From positions 121,458,001-121,522,000 of the forward strand of contig OZ024740.1 of assembly GCA_964016885.1 (NCBI GenBank): a DNA stretch of 64,000 nt, read 5' to 3'. Origin of the DNA: Eledone cirrhosa (Eukaryota). The position numbers and the translations under genes are program-made. This document shows positions 1-12,539 of the stretch, in pieces; the first letter of the stretch is position 1; each line of letters starts with the position of its first letter. Below the pieces are notes generated by a model. That model ran no database searches. It had not been told where the DNA came from and worked only from the letters and a program-made list of their open reading frames with translations.

Positions 1-46
<46 letters not shown>

Positions 47-57
47 AACACACACAG

Positions 58-93
<36 letters not shown>

Positions 94-139
94 CTATATA
101 TATATATATATAAATATATACACACACATATATATATAT

Positions 140-1545
140 ATATATAAAACGGAATATGTCTGTCCGTGTGTGTGTTTGATTTTTATGCATTTCCACATTT
201 CTCTACCGATTTTGATGATTTTTTTTCCAACGATGGTCAACGCGTTATGAATTTGCCAAAAACTTCCGGCTTCTATGAAAACAATCGATAAAACTAAATA
301 CATGATGTAACCGTCTTTCTTACACGCTTAATCACTCTCTCTACTACCCAACAGCGATAAAACTTCGTTCAGGAACGCGACATAAACTTTGAAAACTAAG
401 CAACAGATCATTTTACACAACAACAAACATAGTCATAACGCTCTCTCCATCGCTCTTCCCTCTCTCTATAATAGATCATTCTCCCTCTCTATAATTTAAC
501 TGCTTTACTCTCTTCATGCATTGAGGTTTAACACACCTTCCTATAGTTTCTTAGCTTTACTCTCTCTGTCGCTCTTCCCTCTCTCTATAATGTAACTGAT
601 TTACTCTCTCTGTCGCTCTTCACTCTCTATATGACAACACTGTTTTACACACCTCCCTATATTTTCATAGCTTTACTCTCTCCATCGCTCTTCCCTCTCT
701 CTATAATAGATTATTCACCCTGTTTAAATGCTGTGGGAGTCATTGGAGTTCCGTATTGACATACGGCTTTTCTGGTGCATTTTAAATCGGCTTATTACAA
801 ATAACAACCCGCAAAATAACACTTCATATAACAGATTAATGCTATAGACATATAAATCGGGATGTTTAAATTATTTATGCTTTAGGGCTTTCATTAGTTA
901 AATATTAATATGACAACACCCATAGTGTTGTACATCTGGCAATTCTGCCGAATACACTGCCAAGGATGAACCTTTTCCCCTCGGCGTCAGATATACCGTT
1001 CGATTTCCGGCGATCCCAATTCCCGGAGAGACCATGTTTTGCCATGCCCATTAACAAGTAACAAGGGCAAACATTGTCGGTGGCGGGCATCCATTTGGGG
1101 GAGCCATGCTTCTCCCATGGCCAACTTTATGTTGCATGTTCCCGCGTAGGGAGCAGGAATGGACTTTTTGCTTGCACGCCTCAAGGGATGACACGCAATA
1201 TCGTTTACACAGAGGTGCTATAGATGTTGGTGCAGGTGTTGGAGGTGTTGGAGCAACGCAATCTGGAAAACTATTTCCTGGTAGGGTCACCCATGGCGGA
1301 CAGATCTGACACCCAGCAGCATCAGGGACACCATCTTGCAAATTTGGTCCGCTAAATTCGTTATTGAAAGATTATTAACCCATCATTGATTGTCCAAAAT
1401 GGTAATTGGTTCGTAACTTTTAATAATCGGTTCAACTGCTTTATGTACTTAATAGATAAGCTTATTTGCTTTCAAGCAACGTTTACCTGCATGTAAATGT
1501 TCATAGCAAATGAACAACCCAAGCAACGCCGGGGTAAACTGCTAC
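140..1545 (+). mobile_element. Non-autonomous Helitron-like element
   Basis: Starts TATATAAAACGGAATATGTCTGTCCG. Ends with hairpin CCCAAGCAACGCCGGG (1518-1533) followed by CTAC (a degenerate CTAG). This end closely matches the 3' end of the 12617-13513 element. Internal short tandem repeats at ~440-720. Confidence 0.65.
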
Positions 1546-2160
<615 letters not shown>

Positions 2161-2218
2161 TATATATCTGCTAGCATAAGTATGCATCTGTATACATATG
2201 TCGGTAGATATATTAATT

Positions 2219-2340
<122 letters not shown>

Positions 2341-5300
2341 GCCTCTCCTCCAATCCCCCACACACCCTCGGAACTCTCTTCCTACCACTTTTCTCCTGTA
2401 AAAGGGCTTATGCCCGAAACGTCGACGCCCCCCACCCCCACTGCCCTCAAGAACGTGAAACTAATAAACCTTTGTTTGTACTGCCTCTCTGTTTTGTTCC
2501 CGTTCCATTTTTCACTATACAATACACGCTCCCACGGCTTCCATACCACCTTGGAATACCACCTTGACGACCGGCTCAACACCGATCTAATCCGCCGTGA
2601 CCACTCTCTGAACTTTCCCCACACCTTTCTTTCCTTGTTATTTTTTCCTTTCCTTTCTTTGTATTATTTTTTGATTGATTTATTAACTGTATATGTTTAT
2701 TTCTGTCTATGATTTGTTTGTCCATGATTTCCTGCGTTTATTTATGATTATGATTTTTTGTCTATGATTTTCCTGTGAATACTCTCCTCACGTAATTTCT
2801 CTGGCCCGTCTTTTCGCACTCACCGCTTCGCCCCCCCCCCCCTCGTATCACACACCTCCCTTCTCATTTCCCCCCCTGCTTTCACTCCGCTCCCACCATG
2901 CCCAGCCTGAGATCCTTTCTCCACCAACTTCACACTCGCCTCAAACTTACCTTCACCCTCTCCCCCTACACTGCCATCTCCCCTAGGCCCTCCAAATCTC
3001 CTACCTTCTCATCGCCAAAACCCGGCATTCCAATTCCAGCCACATCCATTTCCTCAGCCGCTGCCTCCACCTCCACCTCATCCCCCTTGGCTTCCGACTA
3101 CACTTCCAGACCTCCACCCAACGTATCCTCACCCGATCCTCGCTCCACCATCCGCAACTTTGACTACAAACTGACCCCCACCCCCTCCGCCTTAAATCCG
3201 CATGTCACCCCCTCCTCACTCACTCCATCCTCAACCTCAAGCACGACCTCTTCTCCTTCCTCACCTCCACTAAAGCCCTTAAGCTACACTCACTACTCCC
3301 TACCACCCCCATCCTCACCACCCGCCCATCCTTATGCCCCCCAAACACCTATCCCACTCCTCCCCACCACTCTTCACCACAAACACTCCCTCACCCCACA
3401 ACGGTACCAGATCTCCACCACAAACACTCCCTCACCCCACATCCGTACCCCATCTCCACCCCCTCACCCCCGTCTGACCCCCCTTGTCATTCACACACGC
3501 AAACCCCACCTCCTGTTGTCACCATACCCTCTGACCTCCCCCTCTCCGCACCTGAGCGCTCACTCCTCAGTAGAGGCCTTCGCTTCATACCCCATACTCC
3601 GCACAGCGACGAATTCCGTACCCGAACGGAAGTCGATCGATTCGTGCGACGCACGAAGCCACAGGCACATTTTCATCGAACGCCACCGGCTCTGAACGCG
3701 CCAGACCCGTTTCTCGCACTGGGCCGACGACCATCGTCTTGGACGCCGGCCCCAGGGCAATTCAGCACCCTGGACGCGTTCGTCGACGCCTGCCGTATCG
3801 CAGTAAATCGCTTCGACTTCCACCACCGGTCCAAACGGCATAACCTCTCACGGGGCGAACTCCTCGCTCTCCGCTCCCACCGTAGCCGAGATGATATCGT
3901 CATCAGACCGGAGGACAAGGGAGGCGCCGTGGTGGTGTGGCGCGCTGACCTCTCTACGGCCGAATCCCACAGGCAGCTCCGTAAACCAATCTTCTACCGC
4001 CCTCTACCCTCCGATCCTACACACCCCTCTACCAACAACAACTTTCCTCCACCATCCAACAACTTGTCTCCTCCTCCCTCCTCCCTCCCACCGCTTCCCA
4101 CCTCATTGTCCGTACCCCCCGCACCCCTGCTACCTACTGCCTCCCCAAACTCAACATACCCTACAACCTCGGCCGCCCCATCGTCTCCGCTTGCAACTGC
4201 CCCACCAAACTCATCTACGCCTTTCTTGACTCCATTCTCGCCCCCCTCATCACCACCCTCCCCTCCCACATCTCCGACACCAACCACGCCCTTGGCCTGT
4301 TCGACACCTTCACTTTCCCACCCGGCCCACACCCCCTCCTCTTCACCCTAGATGTCTAGTCGCTTTATACTGTCATCCCCCACGCCGACGGCCTACGTGC
4401 CCTCAAGCTCTACCTCGACCTTCGCCCCTCACAAACCCCTTCGCCCACACCCTCCTTCGCCTCGCCGAGCTGGTCCTCACCATCAACTGCTTTTTCTCGG
4501 GTGAGTTTTACCAACAGGTCAGGGGAGTAGCCATGGGCACAAGAATGGGCCCAAACTATGCCAACGTTTTCGTTGTCCATGTTGTGGCCCAAATCTTTGC
4601 CCAGTACACCGGCCCCACGCCCGAACTGTACAGTTGTTACATCGACGACTGTATCGGAGCCACGACCCTCTCCCGAGAACAGCTCGACTACTTTCTCTCC
4701 TTCTTCTGCTCCTTCCACCTATCCCTCCACTTCACCACCACTATCTCCACCACCCACGTCCACTTCTTAGACATCTCCGTCGCTATCGACCCCTCCCACC
4801 ACTCCCTCGTCACCTCCGCCTTCTTCAAACACACCTCCTCCCACTTTACACACACTAAACACTCTATTCCCTAATCCTAACTCTTCAGGAGCCGCCGCAT
4901 CTGCAGCCGAGATGCTGACTTTGAGTCCCAGGCCCTTTCCCTAGTTAGCCATTTCATCCGAAGAGGTTACCCCCCCCCCCCCCCTTGTCCACACAGCCCT
5001 CACTCGCGCCGTGCTGTCCACCGCTCCACCACACTAACCCCATGCCCACACACCGTCTCCCCCTCCCCATCATATACCACTCCTCCACACTACTCCTCCA
5101 CCGCACCACCCTCCGCCTCTTCCGACGCCTCCAGTCCGACCCCTCCACCTCCCACATATTCCAATGCCCACCCCTTCCCTACTTCAAACGCGCACGCAAT
5201 CTCCGCACCCTCTTCGTCTGCAGCACCCTACCTTCCAACCCACGCTCTACCCCCCCCCCCCCCGGGTTCCTTCCCTGTTCCAGGCCTCGTTCAACACCTG

Positions 5301-6866
5301 CCCCCACATCACCAACACCACCACCTTCCAGGGTCCCAACGGCCACTCCCTCTCTGTCCGGCACGCCTGCCGCTGCACCTCCTCCAACTTTGTCTATGAA
5401 CTTCGATGCACTCCCTGCAGCGCAACCTACTTCGGACAGACTGGACGTCGTCTGGCGGACCGTTTCACCGAACACCTCCGGGATATTCGTCTCGGCGGTA
5501 GTTCCCCCATCGCCCTCCAATTTGGCTCCCCTGGACATTCCGCGCACCATCTCACAGTCTGTGGCCTACTCCAATGCCACGGAACACCCGCCACCCGCCT
5601 CACGGTCGAACAACGAACCATCTTCACCCTACAGACCCACACTCTCGCCGGCCTGAACTCCCCACCCCTATTCCTTTAGCCATCGACCGCCCTGTTCCCC
5701 CCACACACATATTCGCCACTAACACCAGTAACACAGTCCTCCTTTTCACCACCCACCCCACAAATAACAATAATAACACCCCCACCCCACCCCCTGTCAC
5801 CCTCCCTCAACTAACAATGCGAACATCCCCACCCATCCTCCTATAACACCCACACCCACCTGTACATATATACACGCACTCACACTATCCACACACCCTA
5901 CCACCACCACTAACCCTCACCCACACATCCACTCCAACCACACCACAATTAATACCACTAACATCCTCCCGCCCCCGGGCACACGTACACACACACCCAC
6001 CCATACGCACTTACACCACCCACTCTACCACCACTGACCCCCACTAATACACCCGCATTCAACCCTTTCCCCACCACCAGTATACTAACACCCACTAACA
6101 CCCCCTTCACCACACACAAACTCATCCAAACACGCACACACACACCACTACACTACACTCCCTCCACCCCCACACCTTGTCTCTCCCTCTCCCGGCTCCA
6201 CCCACACCCCTCCAAACACACATCCCATTAACACCTCTACTATTACATCCCCCCACTGAGCCCTTCCCCACTCCACATTTCACACCTACCCATCCTCACC
6301 TTCCTCCGCACACACTGTCACACTGACTTTCTCCACCTGCCATTCTCCTCTACTGCTGCTATGCCTTCTTCTGCCTTGACCCTCTGACCACTTCTCAGCA
6401 CACACAGACACACAGTCCTCTCCACCTGTCATTCTCCTCTACATTCATCCTGCATTGATCCTTTGACAACTTTCTGTTTCGCGCAGCCCACACTTCCCCT
6501 CTTCCGACCACCACAACCAACGGATTACACACCACCGGCCATCGTTCCAACAATCCACTCCATAACATGGAAAATATCAGGCTCTCTTCACACCCACTAT
6601 GGAACTACCTTAGGAACTTACCCACAGACATACACTCACAATTATTTTTAGAACCACGCCACCTACATCTACAAAACCTATAATCACCAACACACACGTG
6701 CGTACCCCCACATATATACACACTCAGCCTCCGGAATCCTTCCTTCCCCTCGTCAGCCCTCTTAACCCTCCCCATCCACACGCACACAAAACACCGACTT
6801 ACACCCCACCCCATACACACACCTTTTCCTGAATATGGAATCCCGTTCTTCCCCTACTCTCACATT

Positions 6867-6899
<33 letters not shown>

Positions 6900-7246
6900 G
6901 TACACCTACACACATACACAAACACCACCTTCAGGCCTCCCCGCTCGGACACCCCGTCTCCTTCCTCCCACTCCCCCCGCCACCAACCCTACACGCCCCA
7001 CACCTTCCAACACTTTTTTATCTTCATGTTTATTTTTTTGTTGTACCCCTCCACCACCATCCCTTTTTTTCAAAATGTCTCTCCTCCACTCCCCACACAC
7101 CCTCGGTACTCTCTTCCCACCCACTTTTCTCCTGAAGAAGAGCTGATGCCAGAAAAGTCGCCCCCCCCCCCTCCCCCAGGAGCGTGAAACTAATAAACCT
7201 TTGTTGTACTGCCTCTCTGTTTTGTTCCCCTTCCATTTTTCACTAT
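2341..7246 (+). mobile_element. Near full-length Penelope-like element (Neptune-like, C-rich) with direct pseudo-LTRs
   Basis: 2341-2518 is repeated directly at ~7078-7246. Degenerate HHR in the repeat (GGGCTTATGCCCGAAACGTC). Frameshifted RT and GIY-YIG lie between. (TA)n on both sides. Confidence 0.9.
2898..5679 (+). pseudogene. PLE RT + GIY-YIG endonuclease, frameshifted
   Basis: Motifs IVIRPEDKGGAVVVW, GVAMGTRMGPNYAN, YIDD, HFLDI and linker PCSRPR..TCPHI. Endonuclease VYELRCTPCSATYFGQTGRRLADRFTEH...GLN. Confidence 0.9.
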
Positions 7247-7253
7247 ATGTATA

Positions 7254-7306
<53 letters not shown>

Positions 7307-7312
<6 letters not shown>

Positions 7313-9605
7313 ATACTTGGGGAGGGTCATATTTGTGTAATATTGCCAGAATTAATAACAGAAGACACTCACTGTTTCGTTGGTTTTCGCTTTTCGCTTG
7401 TGTCTTTTTTATCGGTTAATTTAATTTATTCGGTCCTCAATGTTGCCATTGACTGACAAACGGTCAACAATACAGATACAATATAGACACAAACACATAT
7501 ATATAGTTTATCAAAGTTCTTTCGTTACACATCTGCAACCGCGTCAGTGGTGCTATTGTTTCCTCCCGTTGCATTGTATTTTCTATGCCATCTTTATTTA
7601 GTCTGTTTATTTATTTATGTGTTTATTTTATTTTGTCTTCTTTGCGCATGCGTTTGCGTGTGTGTATAGTGTTTTGTTTGATGTGTGTTCGTGATTGGGT
7701 GACTTTGTATTGGTTAATGTATTCTATCTTTACTAGTGTGTGTTTATATGTGTTTGTTGTTATTGTGCTTGTGTATGTATTTATTTATTTATTTATCTAT
7801 TTATTTATTTATTTATATTTCTCTTAGGTCAGTGTTGTTTGTCTGGGTGTGTTGTTATTCCATTCATTTTTCTGTTTAGCCTTGGCCTTCTAAGTTCTAT
7901 TTCACTGGCCTCTCTGATTTGCCTGTCTGCTGGGTCATTTCTATGTTTAAATATTGTTCTAATTTCTATGTTGTCTATGTTACCGTCGTGTTGTTGTCTG
8001 GCATGTTCGTATAGTATTGAACCGTTTTTTCGTCCTTTTAGTTCCCCCTAGTGTTGGTCTATCCTTTCACCTATGCTACGAGCTGTCTCGCCTATCTATG
8101 TTGTTGTCATGTTTCTGCAAGTACCCTCTGTACATCTTATGGCATAGACTACGTTTCAAGTTTTACAGTTTATCCGGGGGTTTACCTTACATATGATGCA
8201 TTTCCTATTAGTACAGTGGGTTTTCTTAAAAGGGTAGGTTTTGCTGATCAGGGATTTTATGGTGGTTCCTGGCTTTTCTACCACCTTAATGTTTAAGTGG
8301 GTCTTTCTCAGGGCCTTTCTACACTGATTAGCTAATTTCCCTCCAGGGTTAGCGTCCACAAACATGACACTCTGGTATCTCTGGTTGTCGTACCATGAGG
8401 TGGCTTTCCCTATCTTATGTCTAGCCCTATCTAAGCTATTTCATGATTTGCTCCTGTATAATGGGCACATTCCTTTCATGTCCAGTTCTATGTGGGTCTT
8501 ATACTTCTCTGTGGCTCCTTCGTATACTCTGATTATGTCTCTTTGGTTGTAGCCAGAGAACTGCATGCGGTTGATGAAGTGTTGGATGTGTCTTTCCTTT
8601 TCTGTTAGGTTGCACATGCGGGACACATTCTTCATCACTCGTACCAAGTCTGTGATCAGAATATTAAACTTAGCACTACTGGACATTGCTGAGTTTTTGA
8701 GTTTCAGGCATTTGGAGGCCATGGGTTTAGCATAGTGTGAGTGGAGAATTTGGGCTCTCTCATCTATAGTGTTAATCCAGAGTTCCGTGTCTATTACAGG
8801 TAGTCTAGTGTTAGGGTGTTTGTTAGGAAAGTCGATAGTTACAGTTATATTCTGGTGTATGGAATTAGCTATCTGATGGATGCTTTCCATTGTGCTACGT
8901 TCTAAATCAAACTTGTTATTGCTCTCTTGTGGGGATGTTCTTATAATTATATTGATATCGTCTACGTAACGAGAGTACATGATGAGGTCTACGGAGCTAT
9001 CATTAAGGAGATCTTTAAGTCTCCTTTCCCACCATACCATAAAACGTCACCAGCTATGCTGGCACCAATGGCTGCGACCTCATTTTGGGTGCAGATCTTC
9101 AAGTTGAACTTGAATATTTGACCTTTAGGGTAGTTTTGATACTAGCCCCTATTGCATGTGCGACCATTTTTCTTATCTGATCATTGTTTAAGGGGGTCCG
9201 TATAGATTTGGTACACCCAATCCATCTTCCCATGGGAGTCTTTTTAGCCATTGAGGTTATGGTGGGGTGTCTACCTCTTATGGGTCTACTGGGGCAGAAA
9301 CGTCTAATATCATGGCTGTCTAGGTAGTCAGTGTCGTAGGTAAGTCTAAGTAGAGACCCAGTTTGTCTGTGTCGACGTCGCAGAACTCCACCTCACTCTC
9401 AATGATCACCTCCACACATTTTTACACAGCAAAATCAATGTTAATGGATGGGTACAGTGATACCACATCCATGCTGCCTATTATGCAGTTGGATAGGTTC
9501 CTGTTTTTGCTGCACTCACTGATTCTGCTGAGGAGGTCCTCTGTACTGTCACATACATCTGGGGACATCTTGATTATGGGGCGTATAACCATTGAGAGGA
9601 AGTAG
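7307..9605 (-). mobile_element. 5'-truncated PLE, family B (same family as 47083-51660)
   Basis: ORF pieces YSRYVDD, ILHSHYAKPMAS, RMQFSGY, CTNRKCIIC. The pseudo-LTR ends ...CCCCAAGTATAACAAT into (TA)n without a tail. HHR-like motif at ~7510-7550. Confidence 0.9.
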
Positions 9606-9735
9606 TATGGTAGAATATTAAATGTTAAGTGTTAATTGAACAAGTACTTTCATGCTTTCGCAAAGTTCAGGTTCATATTCTGTGGTGACAGTGAAGTTTG
9701 TAATTTTCAACTGTTGAATTTTCACAGTTTAAAAT

Positions 9736-9738
<3 letters not shown>
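9603..9738 (-). mobile_element. Fragment of family C HHR-bearing pseudo-LTR
   Basis: Matches 10787-10898, 40317-40428 and 63836-63946. Confidence 0.75.
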
Positions 9739-9780
<42 letters not shown>

Positions 9781-9785
<5 letters not shown>

Positions 9786-10456
9786 CGAAACATAAGTCAA
9801 TTGCATGAACTCATAATCCTTTATTTACTGCTATATTTATTTCGATGACAGCCATTGAATTACTATGACATCAGCAGGCAGTTAGTCACTTCTTAGATAT
9901 GCCAGATCTGTATTTATAGTGTTGATGGTATCAGAGCCTTGGGACATATGAGCTTGTTAGGAATAAATTAATGTTGTCAGCAGGAATAGTCTTGATTATC
10001 ATTGGTCAGTTCGTAGATGGTAGTAGGGTTGGTTTTTGACCTCAAAGAGGCAGGTTGTTTTGTAAAGTTCAAACCGTCAGGCAGGATGACAAAACCACCT
10101 GCCTCTTTGAGGTCAAATACCAACCCTACTACCATCTACAAACTGACCAATGAGAATCACGACTATTCTTGCTGACAACATTAATTTATTCTTAACAAGC
10201 TCATATGTGCCAAGGCTCTGATACCATCAACACTATAAACACAGAGCTGGCATATCTGAGAAGTGACTAACTGCCTGATGAGGTCATAGCCATTCAATGG
10301 CTATCATCGAACTATATATAGCAGTAAATAAAGGATTATGAGTTCATGCAATTGACTTATGTTTCGTCACTATTATAATTCCGGAACATATATATTCGTT
10401 GATTGCTCCCTATCCGCATACTGAAGTACTGGATTTTACCAACACTTACTTTCTTG

Positions 10457-10459
<3 letters not shown>
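9781..10459. mobile_element. Fold-back PLE remnant: ~283-bp inverted arms, ~25-bp spacer, ~87-bp tail
   Basis: 9781-10063 is inverted at 10089-10372. Tail at 10373-10459. (TA)n flanks. Confidence 0.8.
10270..10325 (+). ncRNA. Type I HHR motif, slightly degenerate, with a mirror copy in the left arm
   Basis: ACTGC-CTGATGA-ggtcATAGCCATtcaATGGCTATcatc-GAAcTATATATA-GCAGT, followed by AATAAA. The left arm retains GAAAT. Confidence 0.75.
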
Positions 10460-10494
<35 letters not shown>

Positions 10495-10579
10495 TATATA
10501 TATAATATTAAGGTTACTATTTATAGTTATGTACATTTTAAACTATAACCAGGGTAGGTCAGTAATTTGCTACTACCGG

Positions 10580-10652
<73 letters not shown>

Positions 10653-10670
10653 GATAGATAGATATATATA

Positions 10671-11110
10671 CACGGGTGTATGTGATTGTGTAAAGAACAT
10701 TAAATTAGTAAAAGGAATTCCAACTTTGTCTGATTTACTCGTTTTATATACAATCCTTTAAAATTTATAATGGTATTAGAATGAAATAGTATGGTAGAAT
10801 ATTAAATGTTAAGTGTTAATTGAACAAGTACTTTCCTGCTTTCGCAATCTTCAGCTTCATAATGTGTGGTGACAGTCAAGTTTGCAACTTTCAACTGTCA
10901 CAGTTTCAACTGTTCACAGTTGAAAATTGCAAACTTGACTGTCACCACACATTGTGAACCTGAAGATTGCGAAAGCATGAAAGTACTTGTTCAATTAACA
11001 CTTAACATTTAATATTATACCATACTATTTCATTCTAATACCATAATAAATTTTAAAGGATTGTAAATAAAATGAGTAAATTAGACAAAGTTGGAATTCC
11101 TTTTATTAAT
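10671..11110. mobile_element. Family C palindromic HHR element (tail on the left)
   Basis: Arms 10704-10898 and 10916-11110, 17-bp spacer, tail 10671-10703 (also present at 40202). Confidence 0.85.
10955..10993 (+). ncRNA. Minimal type I HHR
   Basis: TGAAC-CTGAAGA-tTGCgaaaGCAt-GAAAGTACTT-GTTCA. Palindromic stem III and GAAA tetraloop on stem II. Confidence 0.8.
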
Positions 11111-11331
11111 ATATATATATCAAAGAAGAGAAATAGGACGAAGGTAAACAATTACAAAATAATTTAATCCACGTATTTACAATTGTTTCATCAGAATTTC
11201 AGTCCATTATTGCTACACTATGTTATAATAGGCAATCAAGAAAGATACTGTGGCATCCGAATTTTCAAAATAATAACTCCACCACTGCCCATAACAGAAA
11301 TTGTAATTGCCACCTTCCCGAGACTTGTCCA

Positions 11332-11736
11332 TTGAATAACGAATGTTTGCATTCAAACCTAGTATACAGGTGCTCGGTTGAGTCGGGCAACCAAATCTGG
11401 TACTACATAGGCAGCACTGCAAACACCTTCAAAACTCGTTGGTACACGCATCGTTACGCAATAAAGCACCACCAACACCGTTACGTAACGACTCTCGCCG
11501 ACAACATTTGGCACTTAAAAGGGAGTAACCGACAACACACCCTTAAATGGACCAAACTCTCACATGCTCCTCCATACCGGAGTGGGATGAAAACGTTCCC
11601 GTTGTGTAATAATGAGCTCTTCCATATTCTAAGCTCAAGCCACCAACTACTCAACAACAAAATTGAAAGGTCAATTTTTAGCCAGCATAAACTGAAAGCG
11701 AAATTCTCACACTTCAAACCTTCAACCAAATCCTAA
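11332..11736 (+). pseudogene. PLE GIY-YIG endonuclease fragment
   Basis: CLHSNLVYRC...YYIGSTANTFKTRWYTH...IWHLK...PLCNNE...LLN. Confidence 0.85.
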
Positions 11737-12096
11737 CACTACCTATCTTTCTACCCTAAATAACAATTCTACACCCCTAAAAATAGACTATATATGAAAT
11801 GTAATACTTTCTTCCTTCATCTGTTCTCTGGTAAGACTTTCGCCTGTCCACTTCCAAATGCCTCTTAAAATTCTATCTTCCTTCTCTTTCCCTCTACTCA
11901 TCACAACTTTTAGCACACATCCCTCCTCCCCCTCCCTATACAAATCCTCTCACACCACACTATCTCTTTCTCTTTCTCTCCCTTCCTCTATCCCTTTTCT
12001 CTCTTTCTCTCCCTCTCTTTTGCCCCTCTCTCTCTCTCTGTTCCTCTATCTTACACTACTACCCCTTATTTAATTTCCTAAGGTCATTCCAACTTT

Positions 12097-12197
12097 GTAT
12101 TTTGAAAATTCGGATGCCACAGTATCTTTCTTGATTGCCTATTATAGCATAGTGTAGCAATAATGGACTGAAATTCTGATGAAACAATTGTAAATAC
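12097..12197 (+). ncRNA. Type I HHR with U3-A8 core and long stem II
   Basis: GTATT-TTGAAAA-tTCGGA...TCTGAt-GAAAC-aatt-GTA-AATAC. Confidence 0.65.
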
Positions 12198-12378
12198 GTG
12201 GATTAAATTCTTTTGTAATTGTTTACCTTCGTCCTATTTCTCTTCTTTGATTACACTCCTCGTTTGTTCGTGTTTCCACAACAGAATCCCTACCAACCTG
12301 TCGAGTCACCTTAACGTATGTTGAGAACTTTCCTCACAACTTGTTCTACCAAGCTTTGGAATACGCCTAATAACTGAA

Positions 12379-12412
<34 letters not shown>

Positions 12413-12417
12413 CACAC

Positions 12418-12536
<119 letters not shown>

Positions 12537-12539
12537 CAT

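Larger units (their letters stand above)
11121..12378 (+). mobile_element. 5'-truncated PLE (Hydra-like) with inverted 5' arm and 3' tail
   Basis: 11121-11270 is inverted at 12098-12249. Tail at 12250-12378. GIY-YIG ORF inside. Confidence 0.85.

Noticed and set aside
2898-4351. Pro/Ser/Thr-rich mucin- or extensin-like ORFs
   Set aside because: Largely off-frame readings of the C-rich, frameshifted PLE.
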